This document shows positions 1-8,082 of a stretch of 15,279 nucleotides of DNA, in pieces. The stretch lies in contig JAYENL010000021.1 of assembly GCA_034722055.1 (NCBI GenBank), positions 1 through 15,279 of the forward strand. The letters run 5' to 3'. The DNA comes from Armatimonadota bacterium (GTDB lineage Bacteria; Armatimonadota; Zipacnadia; Zipacnadales; UBA5352). Both the position numbers and the translations under genes were made by a program. The notes beneath the pieces are model-generated. The model was not told where the DNA came from. It saw only the letters and a program-made list of their open reading frames with translations, and searched no databases. Every line of letters begins with the position of its first letter. Position 1 is the stretch's first letter.

Positions 1-294
1 GATGAGCCCACTCCCTGGGTGCAGAAGGCGGCCTGGCGTACGGCCGGGACCCTGCTCGTCGATCTGCCGGAGCCCCTGCCTGCCAACGAGGAGATACTGG
101 TCACCGCCGACCTCGGCGGCGGGCTGGAGACCCCGCCCATGCGCTATCGCCTCTGTGTCGGGGGCTACCCCTCCCGTGCCACCGAGATCGATTGGGACGT
201 CCGCATCGCCGCAGGCACCGGCCGGTCCCAGTCCTCTCCTGCAGCGCGAGGGCTCCCGCTGCTCTCGCCAGTCTCGATCGGTGCAATCCGCTGA
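1..294 (+). CDS. 3' end of an unidentified protein-coding gene (5'-truncated by the window)
   Basis: Frame 1 is open from base 1 (DEPTPWVQKAAWRTAGTLLVDLPEPLP...SIGAIR) to TGA at 292-294, with G/C-rich third positions. No family recognised. Confidence 0.6.
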   Translation, partial: DEPTPWVQKAAWRTAGTLLVDLPEPLPANEEILVTADLGGGLETPPMRYRLCVGGYPSRATEIDWDVRIAAGTGRSQSSPAARGLPLLSPVSIGAIR

Positions 295-368
295 GTGTAG
301 GCCATCCGCCTCGGGGGCGGCAGCAGGCTAAAGGCCGCTTGCGTTCTCTCGGCGGGCATCGCGCGCCA

Positions 369-405
369 CGCGTGGGGTGTCGGGCTGGAAGCCCCGACCT
401 ACGCG
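369..405 (-). repeat. REP-like GTAG-led palindrome within a longer hairpin
   Basis: Minus strand 402->378 reads GTAG-GTCGGG-GCTTCCAG-CCCGAC-A, a GTAG tetranucleotide followed by an imperfect palindrome. The flanks CGCGTGGG (369-376) and CCTACGCG (398-405) extend the stem. Intergenic location. Confidence 0.55.
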
Positions 406-520
406 GAGGTTGATACCGCGAGCGATGTACGGAGGAACATCCACCCGGCGCGGGGAACATGACCCCAACGCACATGCCGACGCTGGCCACGTGGGTGTCC
501 GACCGCGGGAGCGTGGGCTC

Positions 521-1366
521 ATGTCGCCCTGGTACTACCTCATCGTGCTCATCGAGGTCCCGGCCCTGCTGGCGCTGGCCTACGCGGGCGGCTGGTGGCT
601 GTACCTGCTTATCGCGTTCGTGGCGCTGATGGGCATGGGCGAGCTCTACTCAGCGCTCATCACGCGCAACATCCGCCCGGAGGCGGCCGTGGGTTACCTC
701 TGCGCGCTGCTGCTGATGGCGGCCGCACAGTTCCCGCCGGCGGCGATGCGCGCGGAGCTGATGGTTCTGTGCCTGTTCCTGGCCGTCGCCGCTCCCCTCG
801 CCGCGCAGTTCACCCGAACCGGCGAGCCCGACCGCCTCCGTGACGCGGCGCTCACCACGCTGGGCGTCGTCTACATCGCCCTGCCCCTGTGCTTTGTCTT
901 CATGCTCTGCGACATGGACATCGCGAAGCTGGTCACCGGCGAGACGGCCGGTTCCCTGCGGGCGCGAATCGGCGCCCTCCTGATGGTCGCCGCGGCCGTG
1001 TGGCTGTCGGACACCGCCGCCTGGTGGATCGGGAAGCGCTACGGCCGCACGAAGTTCACACCTCGGCTGAGCCCCAACAAGACGCTCGAGGGCGCCCTCG
1101 CGGGAGCCCTGACCGCCGTCCTCGCGACTGTCATCGTGGGGGCGTGGGCCGGCCTGCCGGTGATGCACGGCACCATCCTGGGGGTAGTCCTGGCTGTGGC
1201 CGGACAGATCGGCGACCTGGCGGAGTCCGTCATCAAACGAGACCTGAAGCTGCGCGATTTCGGCACGCTGCTGGGGCCGCACGGGGGCATGCTCGATACC
1301 TTCGACGGCATGCTCTTCGCGGCCCCGGTCGCATGGTTCTATCTGTGGCTCTTCCTGATGCCCTGA
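521..1366 (+). CDS. cdsA: Phosphatidate cytidylyltransferase (CTP_transf_1 family), 281 aa
   Basis: Polytopic membrane protein with the family motifs W-x-SDT-x-A-W-x-x-G, SPNKTLEG and GDLAES-x-x-KR...HGG-x-LD-x-FD. Start set at ATG 521 (GGGAG at 507-511) rather than the ORF-track start at 377. Confidence 0.9.
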   Translation: MSPWYYLIVLIEVPALLALAYAGGWWLYLLIAFVALMGMGELYSALITRNIRPEAAVGYLCALLLMAAAQFPPAAMRAELMVLCLFLAVAAPLAAQFTRTGEPDRLRDAALTTLGVVYIALPLCFVFMLCDMDIAKLVTGETAGSLRARIGALLMVAAAVWLSDTAAWWIGKRYGRTKFTPRLSPNKTLEGALAGALTAVLATVIVGAWAGLPVMHGTILGVVLAVAGQIGDLAESVIKRDLKLRDFGTLLGPHGGMLDTFDGMLFAAPVAWFYLWLFLMP

Positions 1367-1408
1367 CAGCCGCCCGGCAAACCTGCAGGCCGCCGTGGAG
1401 GAACGCTG

Positions 1409-2500
1409 ATGATCGTCGGAGTGCCCCGGGAGATCAAGGACGGAGAGCACCGCGTCGCCCTCGCCCAGCCCGGCGTTGACGCTCTGGTGCGCGACGGCCA
1501 TCGCGTGCTGGTGGAGAGCGGGGCTGGCCGGGACAGCGGCGTCCCGGACGGGGAGTACGTCCAGCACGGGGCCGAGCTCGTGGACGCCGCCGCGGCCTGG
1601 CGCGACGCGGAGATGGTGGTGAAGGTCAAGGAGCCGCTCCCCGAGGAGTATGACTACCTGCGGCCGGACCTGCTCCTGTTCACTTACCTGCACCTGGCCT
1701 CATCGCGGGAGCTCACGGAGGTGCTGCTCGAGCGCGGCGTCACGGCGCTTGCGTACGAGACTGTGCAGACCGCGGACGGGCACCTGCCACTGCTGGAGCC
1801 GATGAGCGAGGTGGCTGGAAAGCTGGCGGCGCAGGTGGGCGCCCGCTGCCTGGAGAGCCCGTGGCAGGGCCGCGGCGTGCTGCTGGGCGGAGTCACCGGA
1901 GTGCCGCCGGCGGAGGTGGTCATCATCGGCGCCGGCACGGTGGGCCGGAATGCGGCGCACGTGGCGCTGGGGCTGGGGGCGCAGGTCACACTGCTCGACA
2001 TCGACGCCGGCAAGCTGCGGCACATGGAGGAGATCACGCACGGGAGGCTCATCACAGTACTCTCCAACCCCTACGCCATCGCCCGCTGCGCCGGCTACGC
2101 CGACCTGCTGATCGGGGCGGTGCTGATCCCCGGCGCCCGCGCCCCTCGGCTGGTCACCGAGGAGATGGTGCAGTCGATGAAGCCCGGCTCGGCCATCGTG
2201 GACGTCTCCATCGACCAGGGCGGCTGCGTGCAGACCATTGAGGCCACCAGCCACTCTGACCCGACATACATCCGTCATGGCGTGGTGCACTACGCGGTTC
2301 CCAACATGCCGGCTCTGGTCCCCCGCACCTCCACCCTCGCCCTCACCAGCGTCACCCTCCCCTACGTCGTGTCCATCGCCAACCTGGGCCTGGATGCGGC
2401 CTGTGAGCGCGCCCAAGAGCTGCGCCGGGGGCTGAACGTCCGCAGCGGCGAAATCGCGCACGAGGCTGTCGCCGAGGCCTTTCCCGACCTCGCGAGCTGA
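1409..2500 (+). CDS. ald: Alanine dehydrogenase, 363 aa
   Basis: MIVGVPREIKDGEHRVAL start, KVKEP (catalytic Lys), FTYLHLA (catalytic His), LLEPMSEVAG, IIGAGTVG Rossmann motif, DVSIDQGG and HYAVPNMP. RBS GGAGG at 1397-1401. Confidence 0.97.
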   Translation: MIVGVPREIKDGEHRVALAQPGVDALVRDGHRVLVESGAGRDSGVPDGEYVQHGAELVDAAAAWRDAEMVVKVKEPLPEEYDYLRPDLLLFTYLHLASSRELTEVLLERGVTALAYETVQTADGHLPLLEPMSEVAGKLAAQVGARCLESPWQGRGVLLGGVTGVPPAEVVIIGAGTVGRNAAHVALGLGAQVTLLDIDAGKLRHMEEITHGRLITVLSNPYAIARCAGYADLLIGAVLIPGARAPRLVTEEMVQSMKPGSAIVDVSIDQGGCVQTIEATSHSDPTYIRHGVVHYAVPNMPALVPRTSTLALTSVTLPYVVSIANLGLDAACERAQELRRGLNVRSGEIAHEAVAEAFPDLAS

Positions 2501-2534
2501 TCGGACCGAGCGACCGCGCGCGGGGGTTCCGCCT

Positions 2535-3014
2535 GTGAGTCGCCGGACACTGGGCCTGGACATCCTGTGGACCGTGCTGGCCGTGGGAGTGATGCTGGCC
2601 GGCATCATCGCCTGCGCCCGCGTCCAAGGCACCGTGCAGACGGCCGGCCTGCGCGTGGCCCTCATCATGATGGCCATCTTCATGGGCATCGCCGGGGGGC
2701 TGCTGGCGGAGCGTATCCGGCGGCGCACCCGTCGGCGTCGTCCCAGGCACGCCCCCCGCCGCCACCGCGTTCTGCGCAAGATCGCGTTCGCCGCCGGCGG
2801 CGTGGTCGTCTCCGCCACCATCGTCGTCCTGTGTCTGACACCCGAGGCGTGGCTCGTCGTCGTTATCGGGCTGGTGAGCCTCTGCGCCGTGTGGCTGTGG
2901 TACGCCTTCGAGACAAGGGGGCTGAGCCGAGGACCGCTGATACGCTGGCCTCGCCGCAGGCGTCGGAAGTCCGACAGCAGCGAGGACGACGCCACGTCCG
3001 ACAGCGAATCTTGA
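2535..3014 (+). CDS. Hypothetical membrane protein with about 4 TM segments and Arg-rich loops, 159 aa
   Basis: GTG start 34 nt after the ald stop. Four hydrophobic stretches are separated or followed by poly-Arg segments. Coding-like codon usage. Confidence 0.7.
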   Translation: MSRRTLGLDILWTVLAVGVMLAGIIACARVQGTVQTAGLRVALIMMAIFMGIAGGLLAERIRRRTRRRRPRHAPRRHRVLRKIAFAAGGVVVSATIVVLCLTPEAWLVVVIGLVSLCAVWLWYAFETRGLSRGPLIRWPRRRRRKSDSSEDDATSDSES

Positions 3015-3119
3015 GCGAACTGTGAGCAAAGTCGAGCAGCAGCACCGGCGGTCAGGAGGAAGTAAAAGATAGCTGACCGCAGAGCGGACCGCGTGTTCGC
3101 CTCCTCTGCGTAAATCAGC

Positions 3120-3156
3120 GTCGCCCGCCGGCCTTTCCCGGGATCCGGCGGGCGAC
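3120..3156. terminator. GC-rich stem-loop between convergent genes, probable bidirectional terminator
   Basis: Perfect 12-bp inverted repeat GTCGCCCGCCGG (3120-3131) / CCGGCGGGCGAC (3145-3156) with a 13-nt loop. A second imperfect hairpin lies at 3072-3119 (GCTGA..CGCAGAG / CTCTGCG..TCAGC). U-tracts are weak. Confidence 0.55.
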
Positions 3157-3180
3157 ATCGCGTTCTTTCGGCGTCCTCGG

Positions 3181-5406
3181 CTACTGACCCAACTGTCCCT
3201 CTGCCCTCTCGATCTGCTCGGCCAGCAGCCGCCGGCCCTCGTAGATGAAGCTCGGCTGGATGTGCGCGCAGTTGTCGTAGGCGAGGATGAAGCTGTCCGC
3301 CTCCCGCAGCGCCTGCTCGCACTCCTCGGCGAGAGCCCCGTTGCCCACCTCGCGAGCCTGACCGGCCAGCCTCTCCAGCAGCACGTGATACTCGTAGTCC
3401 TCGAGGCCGTCGCGCATCATGGAGATGCGGATCGAGGGGCTCACGGTGCCATCAGGGTTCGGGTAGAGCAGGAAGTGATTGCCGGCGGGCGTTCGCTCCG
3501 AGCGGTTGGGCTGCTCCCAGGGGTTGGTCACCCAGCGGTTGACCGTCCAGATCAGGTAGCCGTCGATGCCGAACCGATAGTTCATCCAGAACAGCGCGCG
3601 GTGATCGACGCCACGCGCCACGATCCGCGTGCCCGGCCGCGGATCCCGGTAGCCGTTGTACCACCACACCTGGTTGCCCTTCGCGTGCTGCTCCTCAAGC
3701 ACGTCGAGGTCAAAGGCGCTCATGTTGATGCAGTAGATGTCCAACGGGTGCAGCACCGGTGACGGCACCTCGGCGCCGAAGAGCTGGATCTTCGGATGCG
3801 CCGCCGTGATGCGCTCAAACACGCGGTTCAGCAGCCCCAGGTCCTCGTCCCGGGTGTTCTTGTGCACCACCACCTCGTCGGCGGGATAGACGTAGCTGCC
3901 CTCCAGCCAGCCGTGGCTCTCGAGGTACTCCGCCGCCACCCGGTAGGCCTCCTCAATGCGGTCGAGGTACTCCTCGCTGCCCTTCCCGGCGCCCAGGAAG
4001 GCGTCGCGGTTGAAGAAGTAGGGCACCGGCATGCCGTCGATGTGATGGCCCAGCGCCAGCGAGCGCTTCAGGCTCTCCTCATACTCCGTGGTGTCTCCCA
4101 GCACCACCCTCTGCTGCTCCTCGTCCCAGTCCAGCGGCAGGTGGCCGAGATTCGACGGGCACAGCCGGTAGCGCGCCAGCAGCTCCACCATCTTGGGCCG
4201 GAAGACGTCCACGAAGTGGTTCCAGTCCTGATTCCCGAACCACTCGTTGATCTCGTCCGAGAAGCCCCAGTAGCCGTAGATGGTGGTGCTGGTGCGCAGC
4301 GACTGCTTCACCGGCACGTCGAAGTTCCATACGTGCAGCCGAAGCTCCGCAGGCAGCTCTCCGGCATCAGTCTGGACAGCCACCGGCGCGCTGTAGTCGC
4401 CGGCAGGCGTCCCTGGCGGTACATAGACCTCCAGCCAGATCGGCCAGTTGCCCAGCCCGTCGGCGGCAAAGGGCCTCGGCCCGGGCAGGGCGTCGGGCAG
4501 GCCCGCCGGCGGTCCCTCCCGTGCAGGCACGTGGCGAACCTCGCTCCAGAAGACGTGCTCGGCGGCGATGGTGGCGCCGGCCGGACCGGTGATCTCCCCC
4601 ACCTCCACCGAGACCTCGCCCACGCCCTCCCCCCCGCGGGGAGTGACCACAAGCTGAACCGCCTCGGTCTCATTGCGCGCCGCGGACATGCGCACCACAG
4701 GGTCCGCGTCGCCCGCCAACGCGGTCTCCTCGGTTCGCCTGATCTTCCGCGCTGACCCCTCCATCCACAGCGTGGCGAAGTCCGTCTGCGCCACCGCGTG
4801 CCGCACCGGCGACGGCTGGGGCGGCTGGTAGTCCTCCGCCCGCGTGGCGCGGAGGTTGTCGATCCAGAAGTCGATGACGTCGCCATGCTCGTAGGTGGAC
4901 TCGGAGAGCCAGTAGTGAACGCCTCCGAATGCCCCCACACGCTCAAGGTCGCGGATGCACAGCTTCTCGTGCGCCCACTGCCCGTGGCGAAGGTCGATGA
5001 GCGTCGCGCGGTAGATCGTGTTCTCCTCGTCGTCGAAGGTGGTTACATTCAGGGCGAAGTCCGGGTCCTCACCGTCGGCGCTCTCGAAGTACACGTCAAA
5101 CTCCAGGAAGTCGTACTGCGACAGGTCGAGCGGCGGGTCATAGCTTCCATCCACCGAGGGCCAGCCCATTGGGTAGGACTCGCCCTCCACGAACTCCACG
5201 TCCTGGTGGTCGATCTCCACGTGGATGTGCAGGGCCTTCTCGCCCTCGACGGTGTGCTCGCCATCGAAGCCGAAGCTGATCTCCTTCTGCCCGCCGGTCT
5301 CCCACTGCTCCGGGTCCGGCGCCTCAAAGCCGTCGATGAGCATCTCCTGCCCGACCGCGAGCGTGCATGTCAGCCCAATCGTGACGACCAGCGCAATCGT
5401 CTTCAT
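3181..5406 (-). CDS. Secreted DUF4091/GH123-like glycoside hydrolase with an N-terminal carbohydrate-binding-like beta-sandwich domain, 741 aa
   Basis: Signal peptide MKTIALVVTIGLTCTLAVG with RBS GGAGGGG upstream. CBM-like segment (IDGFE..W..EGEKAL..DLSQYDFLEFDVY..FWIDNLR). GH123-type N-domain (AARNETEAVQLVV, WLEVYVP..TPAGDY, LHVWNF). Acidic pair in YPADE. DUF4091-type C-terminus GYLIW...LLYP...PSIR...RDGLEDYEY. Ends in TAG. Confidence 0.8.
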   Translation of the reverse strand: MKTIALVVTIGLTCTLAVGQEMLIDGFEAPDPEQWETGGQKEISFGFDGEHTVEGEKALHIHVEIDHQDVEFVEGESYPMGWPSVDGSYDPPLDLSQYDFLEFDVYFESADGEDPDFALNVTTFDDEENTIYRATLIDLRHGQWAHEKLCIRDLERVGAFGGVHYWLSESTYEHGDVIDFWIDNLRATRAEDYQPPQPSPVRHAVAQTDFATLWMEGSARKIRRTEETALAGDADPVVRMSAARNETEAVQLVVTPRGGEGVGEVSVEVGEITGPAGATIAAEHVFWSEVRHVPAREGPPAGLPDALPGPRPFAADGLGNWPIWLEVYVPPGTPAGDYSAPVAVQTDAGELPAELRLHVWNFDVPVKQSLRTSTTIYGYWGFSDEINEWFGNQDWNHFVDVFRPKMVELLARYRLCPSNLGHLPLDWDEEQQRVVLGDTTEYEESLKRSLALGHHIDGMPVPYFFNRDAFLGAGKGSEEYLDRIEEAYRVAAEYLESHGWLEGSYVYPADEVVVHKNTRDEDLGLLNRVFERITAAHPKIQLFGAEVPSPVLHPLDIYCINMSAFDLDVLEEQHAKGNQVWWYNGYRDPRPGTRIVARGVDHRALFWMNYRFGIDGYLIWTVNRWVTNPWEQPNRSERTPAGNHFLLYPNPDGTVSPSIRISMMRDGLEDYEYHVLLERLAGQAREVGNGALAEECEQALREADSFILAYDNCAHIQPSFIYEGRRLLAEQIERAEGQLGQ

Positions 5407-5481
5407 CGTCGCACCCCTCCGGCGTCCTCGGACTGCTCGTCTGGGCAATCTGCCGCATTCCGCTCCGACATCGCGCCTCCC

Positions 5482-7221
5482 TCACCGCGCCAGCACGCGC
5501 ATCGTGTTGTTCAGCTCCGTGATCTCGGCAACCTCTCCGCCGGCATCGATGGTCACGGTCATCTCGTCCTCGGGATTCTCCGGCAGGTCGAAGCTGACCT
5601 CGCCCGTCTTCGGCTGGAAGTCCAGCGGGGCGGCGATGGCCGGGACGTCGGCCTCGGCGATGACCCCGCCGCCGGCGAGGAGCGTCGCCCTGCAGGCCGG
5701 CGCATCCCGCGAGCCCACGTTGTGCACGATGACCGTGAGGCGGCCGTCGCCGAGGTCCGCGCCCTCGCTCGCCGACAGCGCCAGGTCCGGCCGGTCCGGC
5801 GTCCAGTCGGACGGCTCCAGCAGCTCCAACTCGATCTGTGTCGATCGCTCAGCGGGCAGCTCGATGGGGACAGTGACTCCGCGCTGCAGCTCGACCTCGC
5901 GCACCAGGTTCGGCGAGCCCCGCGGCTGGACGGTGAGCCGGTAGCTTCCCGGCGCCATATCCCAGATCCGCATGCCCACCTGGCGGGCGTCGCCGAAGTT
6001 CCAGACGGTGGCCGCCAGGCGCTCCTCGGTGCGCTCTCGCACCAGCGCCGCGAAGTCGTAGCCGGCGTCCCAGCTCACCGCGATGGTCGGCCACGGCGCG
6101 CTGCCGCGCCCGTCCAGGGCATTGCCACCGCAGTACATCCACGGCAGCACGTAGCGCGCCCAGGGGTAGACGCGGTCCTTGTGCGGGTCGATCTCAGTGT
6201 AGATGCGCTCGGCGCGGCGGTTGTTGCGCCAGGCGTTCAGGCACGTGGCCTCCAGGTAGCGCTCCTGGCCCGTGATCAGCCAGCCCAGCACGCCCGGCAG
6301 CTCATCGTAGTAGAGGCCGCGCTGGAAGAAGCTGTCGTCTGCGATGAGCTGCATGCGCTCCTCGGCCTTTGCCAGCATCAGCGCATCGTGCTCGCCCGGC
6401 CCCAGCGCGCGCCTCAGATCACCCGCCGCCATGTTCAGCACCTGCGGCCACCGGCTGTACCTCCGCTCCAGGTAGCCCTCCAGCGGCCGCAGGAAGAGCT
6501 CGTCGCCGGTGAGCTGATAGGCCGCGTTCATCATCATGGTCAGCTCCGACAGATAGACCTCGCGCGCCGGCCCAATCTCGTGCGTGTCGAAGTCCACCCA
6601 TGCCGGGATCACCCCCGCGGGCTTGTCCTCCGTCTCGGTCATCGCATCCTCGACCCAGGCCCGCGCCCACTCCGTCAGATGCCGACTGGCCGTCGGGTGG
6701 CGGCAGTACCAGGCCAGGTACATCGAGGCGGTCATGGCGGTGGCGTTCAGGCCCACGTCATGGCCGAAGTGCCCCTCGGTCTTCATCCTCTCGGCAGTGA
6801 AGAAGTTGCTCCTGAAGTGCCGGTGATCGGGGCCGGTGATGCCCGTCCAGTAGTCGATATTCGACGCCGTCTGCATCAGCCGCTCCAGGTGCAGCGGATC
6901 GCCGTAGCGCACCAGCGCCATGGTGGGCTCCAGGTAGCTGGCCTCCTCGGCGGAGTGCACGATGTCCGTGAAGGGCTCGCTCCATCCGTTGAGCATCCGC
7001 CCCGAGGCCCAGTGTGCCGCCAGGTACTTCTCCATGGCCGCCGCCAGCTTCTCGTCGCCGCTCAGCAGCCACAGGAAGGAGAACTCGTTGAACAGCTTCG
7101 TGTCATCGTTCCACATGTTCGCCCGGCCGACCATGTAGCCGGTCTCATCCTGCCGCTCGTCGATCCACCAGTGGATGACATCCCGCGCGGCCAGCGCCGC
7201 CTCCCGAGCGTACTTCGCCAC
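5482..7221 (-). CDS. C-terminal segment of the interrupted gene: aromatic/acidic helical domain (hydrolase/lyase-like) + C-terminal CARDB domain
   Basis: HWWIDERQDETG..WNDDT region. The C-terminus PDLALS...LTVIVHNVGSRDAPA...IDAGGEVAEITELNNT matches the CARDB pattern. Ends in TGA. Confidence 0.7.
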   Translation of the reverse strand: MAKYAREAALAARDVIHWWIDERQDETGYMVGRANMWNDDTKLFNEFSFLWLLSGDEKLAAAMEKYLAAHWASGRMLNGWSEPFTDIVHSAEEASYLEPTMALVRYGDPLHLERLMQTASNIDYWTGITGPDHRHFRSNFFTAERMKTEGHFGHDVGLNATAMTASMYLAWYCRHPTASRHLTEWARAWVEDAMTETEDKPAGVIPAWVDFDTHEIGPAREVYLSELTMMMNAAYQLTGDELFLRPLEGYLERRYSRWPQVLNMAAGDLRRALGPGEHDALMLAKAEERMQLIADDSFFQRGLYYDELPGVLGWLITGQERYLEATCLNAWRNNRRAERIYTEIDPHKDRVYPWARYVLPWMYCGGNALDGRGSAPWPTIAVSWDAGYDFAALVRERTEERLAATVWNFGDARQVGMRIWDMAPGSYRLTVQPRGSPNLVREVELQRGVTVPIELPAERSTQIELELLEPSDWTPDRPDLALSASEGADLGDGRLTVIVHNVGSRDAPACRATLLAGGGVIAEADVPAIAAPLDFQPKTGEVSFDLPENPEDEMTVTIDAGGEVAEITELNNTMRVLAR

Positions 7222-7284
7222 CGCCGGGAAGTCCTCGGGGCCCTCAGGCTCGCGGTCCCACTCCGGCCACGGCCGGAACTTCGC

Positions 7285-8082
7285 CTAGCGAGCTATGTTC
7301 AGCGCCAGCTCGTTGTCTGGATCGTAGTAGAGGGCCCGGAAGACCCCGCGGGTCAGCGGGCTGTCGAGCTCGATCCCGCGCAGGTAGAACTTGAAGTTCA
7401 GGCCCATGCGCGAGGTGAACTCCTCGTTCATCAGCCGGTTGTAGTCACGCCCAAAGGCCGCTCCCTCCTCGTCGGCCGGGACTATCTCCGCGCGCAGCTC
7501 CGGCACGCCGTCGATCTTCAGCGAATCGGAGGAGACAAGCTGCACCAGCGGCCGGCTGCCCTCGGGGTAGATCATCCCTGGTCCGGCGATGGTGACGTCC
7601 AGCTCCCGCGTTCCCTCGCCACGCCAGATGACATCGAAGTCGGCGCTGGCGTAGAACGCGTCCGGCTCGTAGGGATGAGGGACAGTCACCCGCAGCGTCT
7701 GCGCCTTCGCCCCGGGCTCCACGGACATCCGCAGGCGCAGCGCGCGGACCGCGCCATCCTCAGCCACGGTCTCGCCGGCGAGGTACAGCCGCCGGGTGGG
7801 CGGCAGCACCTCGTCGAGAGGCCCCGGCGGCCCCGGCAGCAGCAGCCGGCGATCCGCCGGGTCCAGCGCCCGCAGCAGCGGATCCGCCTGCGCGGTGATG
7901 TGTGCGACGACTTCCGGGTAGTCCTCTTGCTCGGCCTTCGGCTCCTCGGGCGCCTCGCGCGGAGACGCCAGGTCGCGCGGCGTTCCCTCAGCGACCAGCT
8001 CCCAGGCGGTCATCGCCCGGTCCGGCGGCGTCGTGCTGGCGGCGTAGAGCATGACCTCGCCCACCTGGCTGCCGCCCGGCAC
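7285..8082 (-). CDS. Middle segment of the interrupted gene (no independent function assigned)
   Basis: Begins on the codon immediately after the first TAG, in the same frame, with no RBS in front of it. Coding-like codon bias. Ends at the second TAG. Confidence 0.55.
   Translation of the reverse strand: MPGGSQVGEVMLYAASTTPPDRAMTAWELVAEGTPRDLASPREAPEEPKAEQEDYPEVVAHITAQADPLLRALDPADRRLLLPGPPGPLDEVLPPTRRLYLAGETVAEDGAVRALRLRMSVEPGAKAQTLRVTVPHPYEPDAFYASADFDVIWRGEGTRELDVTIAGPGMIYPEGSRPLVQLVSSDSLKIDGVPELRAEIVPADEEGAAFGRDYNRLMNEEFTSRMGLNFKFYLRGIELDSPLTRGVFRALYYDPDNELALNIAR

Noticed and set aside
434..460. GGAACAT direct repeat with 20-bp spacing upstream of cdsA
   Set aside because: Only two 7-mers, with no match to an operator I recognise. 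Not distinguishable from chance.
377..520. N-terminal extension of CdsA from the ORF track (also upstream starts at 5448, 11664 and 11707 for other genes)
   Set aside because: These extensions overlap hairpin or promoter sequence, lack RBSs and precede the expected family N-terminus or signal peptide.
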